DNA of 58,192 bases from Pocillopora damicornis (lineage: Eukaryota). The DNA is taken from assembly GCF_003704095.1 (NCBI RefSeq), contig NW_020847586.1, positions 434,001 to 492,192 of the forward strand, read 5' to 3'. This document shows positions 40,688-54,102 of the stretch, piece by piece. A model generated the notes under the pieces. That model was not told the origin of the DNA, did not search any database, and saw only the letters and a list, made by a program, of their open reading frames with translations. The stretch's first letter is position 1. Each line of letters starts with the position of its first letter. Made by a program: the position numbers and the translations under genes.

Positions 40688-40835
40688 AAAACAAGTGGGA
40701 AATAGAACTGTAATAAATGTAACTGATAGATTCTTCTAACCAGCTTTTTTCGTTTTGGTTTAAAACAAGTGGGAAATAGAACTGTAATAAATGTAACTGA
40801 TAGATTCTTCTAACCAGCTTTTTTCGTTTTGGTTT
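40688..40835 (+). repeat. Perfect 74-bp tandem duplication
   Basis: aaaacaagtgggaaatagaactg...cttttttcgttttggttt occurs at 40688-40761 and again at 40762-40835. Confidence 0.95.
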
Positions 40836-41295
40836 ATAATACCAGGTTCAGCGTCTGAATCATCCAGCTTTGAAGGGGTTTTTTTGACGTTGATATTTTT
40901 CTGTCTGAGTAGATGAAAGCGAAATCCCGAGGAAAATTTAACTGAAATAATTCAATTCATGCTTTTCGGACCTGACCATTAGACCATTATCTCTCATCGT
41001 GAAAATTTCTATTCCAAAAACAATGGCGTCTGGTTGTCTTTTTGTTAACGAAGCAGCGACATACCGGGATATCAACAACATGTTATGCTTAGCTTTTGGC
41101 AACAGTACATAGTAAATTCGTTTGTCTGGCTCTCGTGTCGACCTGGTAAGCGAAATAAATCGTCAGAAAAACATGAAACAGTCATCAAAAGAATTCGAAC
41201 GCGAAGTCAGGAACGCCGGTCTTGGAATCCTTGTGGGGAGACTGTTCTTTCTTTCTTGGGGAGTTGACAAACTGAAGGAAATTAAGGAAAATAAT

Positions 41296-41547
41296 ACACT
41301 AGTGTCCGAGCTCGGATACTAGTTTCCGAGCTTGAACTCGATTGTCCGATTTCTCATACAAAAGTCACCTTTTGGACACGTGTCCAATTTTTGTCAAAAA
41401 CAAGTGTCTGATCTTGGAATCTGGTGTCCGATTTTAGACACTAGAGTGCGATTTTGGACACTAGTGTCTGTTTTTGGACACTTGAGTCCGATTTTAGAAA
41501 CTAGTATCTGATTTAAGACACTATTGTCTGATTTAGAACACCATTGT
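41296..41547. repeat. Degenerate ~20-bp minisatellite with a palindromic core, ~12 units
   Basis: Consensus GGACACTAGTGTCCGATTTT; the first 14 nt form a perfect palindrome. Confidence 0.85.
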
Positions 41548-41823
41548 ATGTGTATATACATATATTTGTCTTTGAAACAAAGGCAAAAGTGAAGTATAGT
41601 TTTTGCAGGATATGTATCCCATATCCACGAACTTGCCTGCAGTGTTTGAGGACCTTAATCCGTTTAACGATGTGGTAGACACTCGAGTAGCCAATGCACC
41701 TAAGTACGAAGATTACCTGCCTTGAGCTAAATCGAAACGTCTTCGTCATAAGCACCAGTATGTAATAGGCTATCGTGCTCATAAAATTGAACCTTTCCCT
41801 CACTCACTTTTATTTACTTCAGG

Positions 41824-42409
41824 ATGCTTGTCCTAAAACGTTGTTTGGTGCGGCAGCTGTGTCGCCATCCAGAGGTCAGCGTTCTTTGCCTACTGGCCGG
41901 AATATTGTATATTTACACAATTTTTTCCTCCTCTGGGAACCCGAATCCTCGTTTCCTTCATCCTCGATTCAATAAGGTAAACAATTTATAGCATACAACT
42001 GAGACGAGTTCGTAATTGTTCCACGGGGATATTGCATCAGTAATACGCGCCGAAAGTTTTCCTTTCACAAAAGCTGCTCGCTATCAATTCCGTGAAGGAA
42101 GTTGTGTTAAGTGGATAGTATATGGCGTGACCTTTTTGTATCATTATTTAATATGAGAATGAGCCTTTCGTGTTAATACGTGTTAACGACTGGTTCATTC
42201 ATGCCAAAGCACTTGGATAATTTGCTCTCGGTTTCCAAGCTGATACTCAACATGGGCCTCTCGCTCATCATAAATCATGTGATAGATCGAATTTAAAAAC
42301 TAGTAAGTGTTGAACAATTTCAAATTTTTCAGGAATAGATATAATCTTCGGGGTCCATTTTAGATTAAGCTTCACCGTCACATATGAATGACGTCAACGA
42401 CGCCACACT

Positions 42410-42459
<50 letters not shown>

Positions 42460-45400
42460 CACCACTTCCTCCTATCGGAGACTTTGAGGAGAGTATGTGA
42501 TCATTAGTATATGCTAAGAAAATGGAAAGGGGAACGCGTGCGGGATTTGCGCATTTTGTACTTGCTGCAGGAAGCGAGGTAAACACACTCACAGCGAGCC
42601 GCCGCCACTTCGCGGCTTGATAATTATCCACCACCAGCCACCAACACTGAGACGAGTGGTTGTTAACTGTCACTGCATGTACCAACAGGATCCGGTGATG
42701 GACAAGGCAATTACTGGCCTTTCAGAGCTAACACCGAACAACTTTGACGAGCCAAGGCCTGTTTCTCCGATAACGTTGGAGGTTAGAAGTGTTGTATGGC
42801 TGAAGTCGCTATAGCTTACGATACATTTTTCCTCAAACCCATGGAATATTTAAGTTTTGCAGAAAATGTCTAAGAAATTTTATGTAGTTCCTGTTAAGTT
42901 CGTCACTAACATTAGAGAGCCATTTATTGATATTACAAATTACAAAGATTTTCCAGTCCAAAGGGTTCACACAGCACAATGTGATTTCCTAATAGCGTTA
43001 TGTGACTAACGAGAAAAACAATAACAAAGATGACATCATACCACCAACAAAAATGACCACAAAACTAATATTGCCCAACAACGGAGAGGCCAGAAGAATA
43101 TTGGTTCATATGCAGGTAATTTAGTCTTGAATTGAAACGTTTTCATTCAAACCTCTTTGACACCTGCTAGATGTCAATTTCAATTCATGAAAAAATTTGC
43201 GGAAGGTTATTTAGGATAGGCTCTTTGTAGAACAAATTGCAAGGATCAGTTTATCTCCTCCAGTTTCCAATCTGTTGTTTGAGCAAGGATTTCAAAGTAT
43301 TTCACTTCTTGCCTACTCTGGTTAAACTGATTTTGTACTAGATTCAATTGACCCAGGAGAATACAGGTGACGTCATACCGGCCGAGGTGACAATAGCAGA
43401 ACCTATAAGGAGTCACGTGGCGCAGAGTCAGAACAGTGACGTTAAGCCAGCCGAGGTGACAATTGCAGAGCCTATAGGGATTCATGAAGTGCAGAGTCAG
43501 AACAATGACGTTAAACCAGCCGAGGAGACAACAACGGAGCCTATAAGGATTCATGCAGTGCAGAGTCAGAACATTGACGTTAAACCATCCGCAGAGACAA
43601 CAGCAGAGCCTACAAGGAGTCATGCAGTGCAGAGTCAGAACGATGACGTTAAACCAGCCGAGGAGATAACAGCAGAGCCTATAAGGAGTCATGCAGTGCA
43701 GAGTCAGAATGATGACGTTAAACCAGCTGAGGTGAAAACTGCAGATTCAGTGAGGAGTCATGCGGCGCAGAGTCAGAACGATGACGTTAAACCAGCCGAG
43801 GTGACANNNNNNNNNNNNNNNNNNNNNNNNNNNNNNNNNNNNNNNNNNNNNNNNNNNNNNNNNNNNNNNNNNNNNNNNNNNNNNNNNNNNNNNNNNNNNN
43901 NNNNNNNNNNNNNNNNNNNNNNNNNNNNNNNNNNNNNNNNNNNNNNNNNNNNNNNNNNNNNNNNNNNNNNNNNNNNNNNNNNNNNNNNNNNNNNNNNNNN
44001 NNNNNNNNNNNNNNNNNNNNNNNNNNNNNNNNNNNNNNNNNNNNNNNNNNNNNNNNCTTCGGGGAGACAACAACAGAGCCCATAAGGAGTCATGCAGTGC
44101 AGAATCAGAACGATGACGTTAAACCAGCCGAGGAGACAACTACAGAGCCAATGAAGGGTCATGCAGCGCAGAGTCAGGACGATGACGTTAAACCAACGGA
44201 GGAGACAACTGCTGAGACAGTGAGGAGTCATTTGACGCAGAGTCAGAACAATAACGTCATACCAACGGAGTTGACAATGGCAAACCCGTCATTACAAACT
44301 AACGTGGAACCTGAAGAGGAAGGCTCATATACTCAGGTAATTCAGTCTAAAGATAAACAAAAATTGTTTAACATTTGTTTTAGATTCTTTCCTTGAAGTC
44401 TCACAAAAGTTCTGCCAAACCCCCTCTTTTCATGGGACAAATTGAAAAGAACGTACTTAGAAGTATCTTCATTGCACTTCCGTGAACTTACTTTCATGTT
44501 TTTTTCGGGTGACGCTTGTTCCTCAAAGCTCAAATTTTTACTCCACATTCGCTGTAGAAAAGTGTTCTTATTATCGAAAAAGACAATGTCACATCATTCG
44601 TTTTAGATTGCGGCTTTTGAATTTATTTCTTTAACCCGTCGGCTCCGTCTCCTCTTCCCATCCCCTTCCCCCTTGTTACTTTCCTTTAACCTGCACTGTC
44701 ATTTCCATAAGTCCTCCATCTTCTCTGCTAAGCGATGATCCCGGCTAATATCTCATCTGAATTATTTACTCAGGAGAAAAAAATGGAAATGCCAGGTGGG
44801 GACATGAAATGTGAAGCAAATGAAAGTTGTCAAGGTTTTCGAGTTGAAAGCCCCGAACAAGCGAAAATCGTTTGCAACAAATATGGTTCCCGTTGCAAAG
44901 GCTTCGTTTATTCTTTGAAATCTGGTAAATTCATCCTAAAAGGCAAGTTGACGGATAAATTAGTGTTTTCAACTGAACATGACCTCTATGTAAAGAGTGA
45001 CTTCGCGCAAAGTAATAAAACTTTGCAACATGGCAGCTGTGCTGTACCGTTGGATCAGTTCCAGTCTTTTTCTGACGGATGCCGCTTGCCAGAGCTTGAC
45101 CCAAATGACGAAAGTATAATACAGCTTATCTCCCGACCAACCCCGGTTCAGTGCCCAGGCTTCCAGCTGACACGCTACGAGGGAGGAGTCTTGGAACTTA
45201 CGGAGGAAATCAGTAAAGGTAAGGAGGCGCAGCCAAGTGGAGGTAGTTGGTGCACTGCAATCTAGCTCCAGGTTCGCTCTCAAGATCTCTCGCCCTCTCT
45301 TGCCCTCTCAGGGCATCAAAGAGAGATAGAGAGACCCTGACTCCAGATCAAGAGATCGATGTTTGAGCCCTGTCTTCACAACTGTCTTGAGTTCTCTGCT

Positions 45401-47445
45401 AAGTCATTTCACTCGCAGCGCCTTTCCTCTCACTTCTACCGAAGTATAAATGGTATTACCAAACTTAAAATGAAGAAATTTTAGGAAGAGTTGCAGGGAA
45501 CGTGCGATGGACTCAGAAAGAGAGGCAATTCTCCTTGTTGAAAACAAGGTCACAGGTTTAGGAAAGAGTTGACGGACCCGTTCTTACTAAGTTTTAAGCT
45601 TACAACACAATTGAAAGATATCCGAAATAAATATGCTAAATGTATTGTTTTAGGGCTGACTGATGGAAGTTCTTGCTTTTGCAGTCGATAACATCACAGC
45701 AATTACCTATCAACCCATTCTACGCCCTGATCACAAAGACTGGGGATTCGTATCGGGAGATGCGGTTCATCTTCAAACACATGAAACAAAGTTCCAACTG
45801 GGCTCGGAATTCGTCCGAGTTCAGCTTAGCACTGCAGATGGCAAAAAACACGTGGAATACCACGCTCAAGTCATCCCCAGGTCCTTGACACAGGCTAACA
45901 GCAAAGAAGGCCTCCCGCTAAGCGTCGTCGTAATAGGATTTGATTCATTGTCCGCAGCTCACTTCCAAAGGGCTCTACCTGAGGCATACAAGTTTATGTC
46001 TGAGGAGCTCAACTCATTGTTTCTCAAAGGTTACTCTGTCGTCGGTGATGGAACCACTCCTGCGCTAACAGCGCTCATGACAGGTACGAAGACAAAACGG
46101 GTTCAAACAGGCAAGAGATAATTTTAACCGAATTTTTGCTCCGAATAATATTAGCCGATCAATCACGTCCGAAAATTTTCAGTTATGATTACAATCATTC
46201 TTATATACCGCTGACTTTAACTCAACGCATCATGTTGCCTCCACTGTAGGTAAATTTGAATCAGAGCTTCCTGAAGCTCGACGGCAGTTCCCGGATACTG
46301 CATCTCTAGACCGCTGGCCACATATATTTAAGGAATTCAAAGAAAAGGGTTACGCAACATTGTTCAGTGAGGACTGCCCGGCGTACGGAGCGTTTAACTA
46401 TCGACTTCATGGCTTCACAGAGCCACCTACCGATCATTTCTCACGTTTCTTTTGGGAAGCAGCTCACCTGACATCGGCGCATTGTATCCACAGTAAAAAA
46501 CAACACAAGATTCATTTTGATTACATGAAGTCTTTCCTCGAGGCCTACAGAGGGCGGCCCAAGTTTGGTTTGTTTTTCCTCACTGACATTTCACACAATA
46601 ATTTGAAATCTATTTATCACTGCGCTGATGATTTCTCGGCCTTGTTAAGGGATTTATCTGAAGAGAACTTGTTAAACGACACTTTGCTGGTTGTGATGTC
46701 AGATCATGGCTTTCGATACGGCGACACAAGGGCTACATTTCAGGGCAAGCTGGAAGAACGCCTTCCGATTATGTCTTTGACATTTCCACGTTGGTTTCTT
46801 CAGCAGTATCCTGAATTGATCCACAACTTGAAAGAAAATACTGACATTGTAACGTCACCTTTCGATTTATATGCCACCTTTAAACACGTCCTTAGCTATC
46901 CCCAGGCTCCGGCTAACTTAACAAGGGGAGAGAGCTTGCTCACCACTATTAATCAATCACGTAACTGCGAAAAGGCTGGAGTCGCCGAACATTACTGTCC
47001 ATGTATTCAGTGGAAAGAGATCGACACGCGTGCAATGCACGTGCAACGTGCAGCTCAGGCGGTCGTTGATCACGTGAACAACTTAACGGCGTCTGATCCT
47101 TTAAGTTTAAGCCTATGTTCGCGTCTGGAAATAGACAAAGTTTCATCAGCTTATCAAAAACTTCCAAATATTAAAGTCGCCCAATTCCTTGGTTCCAACG
47201 ACGTGCACGGAAGAAAGCCAATATTCTCAAGAGATGTCCCAGTTAATGAATGCTTATATCAAGTACAGATACAGACTGCCCCAGGAAACGGGTTATACGA
47301 AGCATCAGTGAATGTGCTGGACGGTAAATATCGAGTAACCGGCGACATAAGCAGGATAAACTTGTATGGCGAACAACCACGGTGCATTCTTGAGAAGAGA
47401 CCAGATTTACGAAAGTTTTGCCTCTGCAAGGATTACGGCGGATAA
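41824..47445 (+). CDS. Type II membrane DUF229-family protein (alkaline phosphatase/sulfatase-like fold) with a repeat stalk and a PAN/apple-like module
   Basis: Exons: 41824-41976 (TM anchor VSVLCLLAGILYIYTIF), 42689-42781, 43342-44335 (repeats, gapped), 44774-45218, 45685-46083 (VVVIGFDSLSAAHFQRALP, GYSVVGDGTTPAL), 46250-47445 (DISHNN, MSDHGFRYG, GKLEERLP, SPFDLYATFKH, ISRINLYGEQPRC..LRKFCLC). Probable non-coding exons end at 40545 and span 40846-41145. Confidence 0.88.
43369..44290 (+). repeat. Coding 69-bp (23-aa) tandem repeat, ~10 visible copies plus a gap
   Basis: Unit DVKPAEETTAEPIRSHAVQSQND starts at 43369, 43438, 43507, 43576, 43645, 43714 and 43783, and resumes after the gap at 43807-44056. 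Confidence 0.93.
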
Positions 47446-48512
47446 TAACTTATAACTAAAAGCTTTTCGGAAAATAACTGCGGGAGGAATTATCTGCGAA
47501 GTTTTTTTTTTTCAATCACGCTATTTGAATATTTCTTATAGGCAACAATTTTGTACAGCACATTTGACGCTCTTCGAAGCAGACTTGTGCAACAAATGTT
47601 TTTCACCAATTTGAAATTTCGAAGATCAACAATGGATAGTTTAGAGCTAATCATATGCAGTTACCCTGCTCGGAAAGTCACAAAGAGTGGGCTGGTCTCA
47701 AAAAGCAGAGCAACATTCAGAACATTCCTTTTCAACAACTTTTATCACCTTCCAATGAAGAGATGAACATAATTCAAACTCTGAACAAATCATTTTCTTC
47801 GTGTATGCCTAATAACCGATCCAGTAAGGGTATATATTACGATATTTGTTGCTAAGAAAAAAATTAACTACGGAACCCGCTATATGATCCGTTTTTTTTT
47901 ACTCTCGCGCCATTAGCGGCGGCCCACAAGTTGTCTAAATTTGCGTGTTCGTTCTTCTGAGAGAATGTATGAGAAAGCTTAGAAAACTGACTACTGCCTA
48001 TGGAAAAGAACTGAAAGGAGAATAGCCACTGTTGCGCTTTACCGGAAGCAAAAATCCAACACGTTTAGCTTGCCTGAATGGCTTTTAGCTGACGCTGGGA
48101 ATACAGGCACATGGACCGGCATACGCAGGAAAACATGACGGAACCACCTGTAATTATGTCTTTTCCATACTCAGTACTCAGAGAAATCTTTCAAAGCATT
48201 CCCTGACATTTTCTTTGACAACAGAAACCACACAAACAGCAGCACACATTTTCCCGCGATTTACACTAATCACGTGCACAGACCTACGAGTCCAGATTGA
48301 TCTTTCCGTTTGCTATAATCGGTTATATACTTCCAAAGGTTTCTGTTTGGCTATTCAGTTAGAAACCACTAGATCGATGATGCTCTCAAATGATAGTTCT
48401 AATAGTGCTGATCTAACTACTTTATATCAGTGTCACTTCATCTCAGTGATAAATTCCCTAGCTATCATGGTATTTTGATTTTTAAGAGTAATCTACTTAG
48501 AACCTCTGAGTA

Positions 48513-51500
48513 TTAAAATTCGTGGCTAAAGAATTCTTCTACCATGGAGTCATAATCTATGGGAAGAGTATAGCCAGCGGTTTTCGCGCCTAGCGCAGCC
48601 GCACCAATAGCAGAACTCTCGCGGAGCTTTACCAGTGAGAAGCGTTTCACTTGGACAGCGGTGTTGCTTGGAGAGCAACTGATGCCAGTTAAAAAGCCTA
48701 CAGAGGAAGATAAAGGATAGAAATCGCATACAAATTCTGAGTTAAAGAAAATTTTGTATCATCATGGATAACTCCATTTTCTTGGAGCGATCCAGCTCCA
48801 TTTCGTAAGGGTCGTTCTTTGCATAAATCCCCCACGTGATCAATAAGAATGCATTCAATGGAGGGCTTGTTGGTATGGCGGGATCTCGTCCTAAAAACAT
48901 AGATCGTTTCCTCGATAATATGAAATGCATTGTTATTATGACGCGAAATTTTTCAGTAAGTACCACTTCGACCACAGAGTTACTAGCTACCGTTTAATTT
49001 CAGTCGCAGCTGAAGGAAGCGACTGTTTTCATTTCATTACTTCTTTTTGTCAACGTATCTTGAACAAATAAAGCTAACAGCCATTTTGAAAGAAACAATG
49101 ATAGCGACTGGGCCGAAAATGAACTGACGCCACATTGAATTGCCTCCTCTGACTAACGGCAACCCTTCCAACAAATTTGTTCAATTCAGTATTGTTCCTT
49201 TTAAATTTGAAGACCATAAACTCCCGAAATGGTTTATCAAAAGGCCACTCAAACTTCACATATCTATTTAATAACCTCTCTCTAAAAACTCTTGGAAATT
49301 TAATCCACAACAGTGCATTCTTAAGCACGGTTTGCTGGTTCTCGGAATCTGCTGTTGAATCCGAAAAAAATATCCTATTTGAAAATTCTTCTGAATTCTA
49401 GTTCAGTTTCTCTTTGACAATGTACCAAAATATTTGGGAGAGATAAAGTTCTGATGAATCTAAGGAGACAGAGGGTTAAAATGTACTTATGGACTTTTAT
49501 TCTCACCATCTTTAAGAAGATTCCAGCTTTGCCAGACAGCACCAACACAAATGATTTGAAGCCCCTTGCTACTTCTTAAAAGAGTTTCTTGACATTCCTA
49601 TGAATGAAATGAAACATTCGCTAATCTTTATGTGAACTCTCAGTATATCATAAACCTCTTTTGGCTCGTTGAGGAGGAGCATAGCGACCAAAATTGATGC
49701 CACAGTGATATAAAAAGAAACGTCAATCAGCTCAGCGGTGAAATGTTGAGCATGCGCAAGCAGATAAGTGTTTGCCGGCCGTGCGTCAATTTCCCGCTCA
49801 AAATTACTTACAAAGAGATAAGAAACAACCTTTATGACGCATAATAAGTATATAACACCAAAATTTTCGCAGAAATCTGTAAAAGGAAACAAAAGCATGG
49901 AAAAGGAAAACAGAATTGTTCGAACGCAAAGCTTATTAAATTAAGGGTATCCTATTGATTTTAAATTTTATTTTGAGATTTTTCAATAAAGTTATCGTTT
50001 TTAAAACATCATGAGTCATTGCTTAATGTGGTTGTTTTTTACCCTGAGAGACAACTTGGTTCTGACGGCCTGAAAGCATTCTACCAAGCAAGACCTAACC
50101 ATTACGACTTTCAAACATGCGAAGATGTTTGAACCGGCCGAGGAACCACTGACACAAGAAAAGGCTTAAACAAGATCTGATTTTCTATCCTCTCGATTTT
50201 AGGTGGTGTACTACCAAATTAACCAGGCAGGTACCACGAATGTTCAACGAAAAAATAAGTTACCTGATCCATGTGCTGAATAACAGCTTTCACATGTCTA
50301 CCTAAAAGTTCGCCAGCTAAGAAGAACAGATGCTGACACAGAGGGTCTTTATCTTCTAATGCACCTGTATCACACATCCAAAGAAAAGAACATGTGGGAT
50401 AAGAGAAATTGTTAGAAAAGTACAAAATGTTTCATTGTGGTCACGATATCTGAGAGACTACCGTAAAAATTGGTTGGAGATCTATAAGCGCGTCAAAAGG
50501 GCCGCGTAACTGGTGAAGAATCAATAGATCTCTTCGGCATTACCACTGATAAAGGGCTTACAGAACAACATGTGTCCTCCGTAAGTTAAAAATTAACAAT
50601 CAGTTTACTGTAATAAAAAGATTTGGCAAGCTCATATCATCTGAAACTACCCTAGCAAGTCTTCAGTGTTATGGCATTTTATTCACAAACAGAACTCTAA
50701 TATACTGCAACTTCATAGCGAAAATATTCCACGAGTTATCAGTTTTTAAAGCCTTAAACTCCATCAAAAACAAGCTAATTATACATGAGCTTAATATACA
50801 AACCATCACTCTAACTACCTTGAAAAAGCCTTTATTTTGTTAGTTGTCCAGGCTATTTAAAAGATATGCCAAACCAATTCTCGCTCTTTTTCAGCAATCG
50901 TCCAATATTTTCTGACGGTATCACGTAAACGAATACAAAACCGCTAAAGTGAGCCAAGGTTTAATCCCCGTGCCGGAATGAATTGAAAGTTTCCTCGAAA
51001 TGATTTTCACAAACTCTTCGAAACACATCTTCCCCATGATATAAATATCCTCACCAACTGCTACAGCTTTACACAGCCCAGAATAGTACGCCTTGTCAAA
51101 CTTTGCATAGAAGTGATCCAACATTCCAAACAAATTGTCTATCTAGTGTAATAGAAATGCAACAGTACCATTGATCAGTTACAATGAAAATCCATACCTC
51201 AGGTTCCAATGAATTTTCCCCTCTCAAAAAAACCTTTATTCTTGATCTATTTCAGAAGCTGAAATCTATCCTAATTGGAACCTTTCCTTCGTGATTCTTA
51301 ACTCCTCTGGGTATCTGTCTGTACGACTCTCTCTCGGGTGAAAAGGTTTGTTCCCAAAAACTCCAAAATTTGTTGATTTTAAAAACAAGGCTCTTTACAA
51401 TACNNNNNNNNNNNNNNNNNNNNNNNNNNNNNNNNNNNNNNNNNNNNNNNNNNNNNNNNNNNNNNNNNNNNNNNNNNNNNNNNNNNNNNNNNNNNNNNNN

Positions 51501-54102
51501 NNNNNNNNNNNNNNNNNNNNNNNNNNNNNNNNNNNNNNNNNNNNNNNNNNNNNNNNNNNNNNNNNNNNNNNNNNNNNNNNNNNNNNNNNNNNNNNNNNNN
51601 NNNNNNNNNNNNNNNNNNNNNNNNNNNNNNNNNNNTTGATTGTTAAACAAATTCTCCTTGTCGGCACCTTAGGAAATGTATAGAGAGCAGTATGGAGAAC
51701 ATCATACTGTAGAGGTTTAAACAATGATATAGGTCTGTTAAAGAACCTGTGTATTTTTTCATACCTTGAAATGATCAAAAACCAGTTTCTTTACGTAAGT
51801 GATGTCATGCTGCGGGGGTACCAGCCCATCTTCAGCATTGAACACTGCTTTGATGGCCATGTGTGATATACAAAATGCTACAAAAAAAACAAACAAACAA
51901 ATAAACTCCTTTGTTGAGTGTTAAAGCTTCAAATTGATTAGCACATAACAAGGTCATAGTAATCATAGGTTAGTTGATTCCTTTAAAATTTACCTGATCC
52001 CTCATCACCAATCATATGACCCCACCCACCACAGTTGAATGTTTGACCATTTGGCGTCAACATTTGACAGTTAGAGCCAGTCCCTGATATCAACACAATG
52101 CCACCTGCAAAAAAATGTTTTCAAAGGCACTAAAATGCATGAAAATATTATTTTACTGAGGAGTAGGGATGGAATCAGTGAATGGGTAACTTGGAACTGT
52201 TGAGGAAAATTGACATAAGGCTGAGGGTTAACCAGGTGGAAGAACAAAACCCTGGTGACTTCAGGGTTAGGGTTAGCCTAACCCAAGAGCTTCTTTAGTT
52301 TTTGATTATTTACTTTATTCTTGTTACCTAAATATTTGACTCAAGGATGATATTGTTATGAGAAATTGGATGCTAATCACTCAGGGGGAAAACGTTGAGC
52401 TCTGCTAGTGTAAACCATTAGGCTCAAGGGCTCACTCAACTTGAAAAGTAACCATCCAACTTGTGTCTTTAAAAATCTATGGAATATTATTTCAACCCTA
52501 ATCAACAAAGAATTGAATTCATTATGTTTGTCCATCACCAAAGAAAACACTACCTGCTGTTTCTAGTTCTCTGTCTAATCTATCAAATCTGTTCAATTGA
52601 TGCATTTAAGCATAATATGAATTTAAAAAAAAGGGTACCTTTATCAGATGCAGTTGCAATAGCACCAACAGTGTNNNNNNNNNNNNNNNNNNNNNNNNNN
52701 NNNNNNNNNNNNNNNNNNNNNNNNNNNNNNNNNNNNNNNNNNNNNNNNNNNNNNNNNNNNNNNNNNNNNNNNNNAAATAGTTTCAAGTCATTTGGTTGAT
52801 ATTAAAGTGTGGAGGAAGTGGTCAGGAGTAATTTGCTTTGAGGCCAACATCTAAGTGTNNNNNNNNNNGCTTAAATCCTTTACAGATGTTTTTGTGATGT
52901 GAACAGTGCTTGGAAAGTTAAATTTTAGTTTTATTTGTTTAATTTTCAACTGTAGGGTTCTGATTAGTTCCCTCAACTCCTGTTATCATCTGATATATCT
53001 GAGTCACCCTTTATGGAAATGCATTATGNNNNNNNNNNATTTTTTCAGAAAATATCCAAACATTCAGAATGTAATGAAATTTAATGAAACAATTATTCCA
53101 TTTACTTTTATTTGAGATAGTCAACTTGCACAATGCATCTTGGTGGTTATTTATCATCCCATATCTAACTTGNNNNNNNNNNNNNNNNNNNNNNNNNNNN
53201 NNNNNNNNNNNNNNNNNNNNNNNNNNNNNNNNNNNNNNNNNNNNNNNNNNNNNNNNNNNNNNNNNNNNNNNNNNNNNNNNNNNNNNNNNNNNNNNNNNNN
53301 NNNNNNNNNNNNNNNNNNNNNNNNNNNNNNNNNNNNNNNNNNNNNNNNNNNNNNNNNNNNNNNNNNNNNNNNNNNNNNNNNNNNNNNNNNNNNNNNNNNN
53401 NNNNNNNNNNNNNNNNNNNNNNNNNNNNNNNNNNNNNNNNNNNNNNNNNNNNNNNNNNNNNNNNNNNNNNNNNNNNNNNNNNNNNNNNNNNNNNNNNNNN
53501 NNNNNNNNNNNNNNNNNNNNNNNNNNNNNNNNNNNNNNNNNNNNNNNNNNNNNNNNNNNNNNNNNNNNNNNNNNNNNNNNNNNNNNNNNNNNNNNNNNNN
53601 NNNNNNNNNNNNNNNNNNNNNNNNNNNNNNNNNNNNNNNNNNNNNNNNNNNNNNNNNNNNNNNNNNNNNNNNNNNNNNNNNNNNNNNNNNNNNNNNNNNN
53701 NNNNNNNNNNNNNNNNNNNNNNNNNNNNNNNNNNNNNNNNNNNNNNNNNNNNNNNNNNNNNNNNNNNNNNNNNNNNNNNNNNNNNNNNNNNNNNNNNNNN
53801 NNNNNNNNNNNNNNNNNNNNNNNNNNNNNNNNNNNNNNNNNNNAAAATTTGGAACACAGGACCACTTGAAGAGATGCCTGTGGGTTTGTCTACTGCCTTG
53901 TCCAGTAACCATGGTCTAATAAACAAAATTAATGCAATACAGTGTACATCTTTAAGGAATTAAAAAGTTAACTGCCAACATAAAAAGATACCTACNNNNN
54001 NNNNNNNNNNNNNNNNNNNNNNNNNNNNNNNNNNNNNNNNNNNNNNNNNNNNNNNNNNNNNNNNNNNNNNNNNNNNNNNNNNNNNNNNNNNNNNNTTGTC
54101 AT
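48513..54102 (-). CDS. NAGK: N-acetyl-D-glucosamine kinase; 5' exons mostly lost in gaps
   Basis: Exons: 52639-52674 ([13 protein letters not shown], partial), 51994-52104 ([12 protein letters not shown]...[13 protein letters not shown]), 51765-51877, 51055-51142, 50264-50364 ([22 protein letters not shown]), 49507-49597 ([20 protein letters not shown]), 48513-48697 ([26 protein letters not shown]). The start at 54102, next to a gap, is tentative. Confidence 0.92.

Noticed and set aside
41296-41547. CRISPR-like array
   Set aside because: The units are contiguous with no unique spacers, there are no cas genes, and the context is a eukaryotic intron.
42411-42455. Poly-C run giving poly-Gly/Pro ORF or G-quadruplex
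   Set aside because: An intronic homopolymer of unreliable length, with no coding support.
43246-43692. Cys-rich repeat ORF on the minus strand
   Set aside because: It is the antisense shadow of the 69-bp coding repeat; splice signals support only the plus strand.
48742-49898. ORFs of 74-109 aa within NAGK introns
   Set aside because: No recognisable motifs; the 49569-49898 ORF merely overlaps a NAGK exon in another frame.
53011-53926. Long ORFs of 250-284 aa
   Set aside because: Artefacts of translating through N gaps; the same applies to 6947-7568 and 51252-51778.
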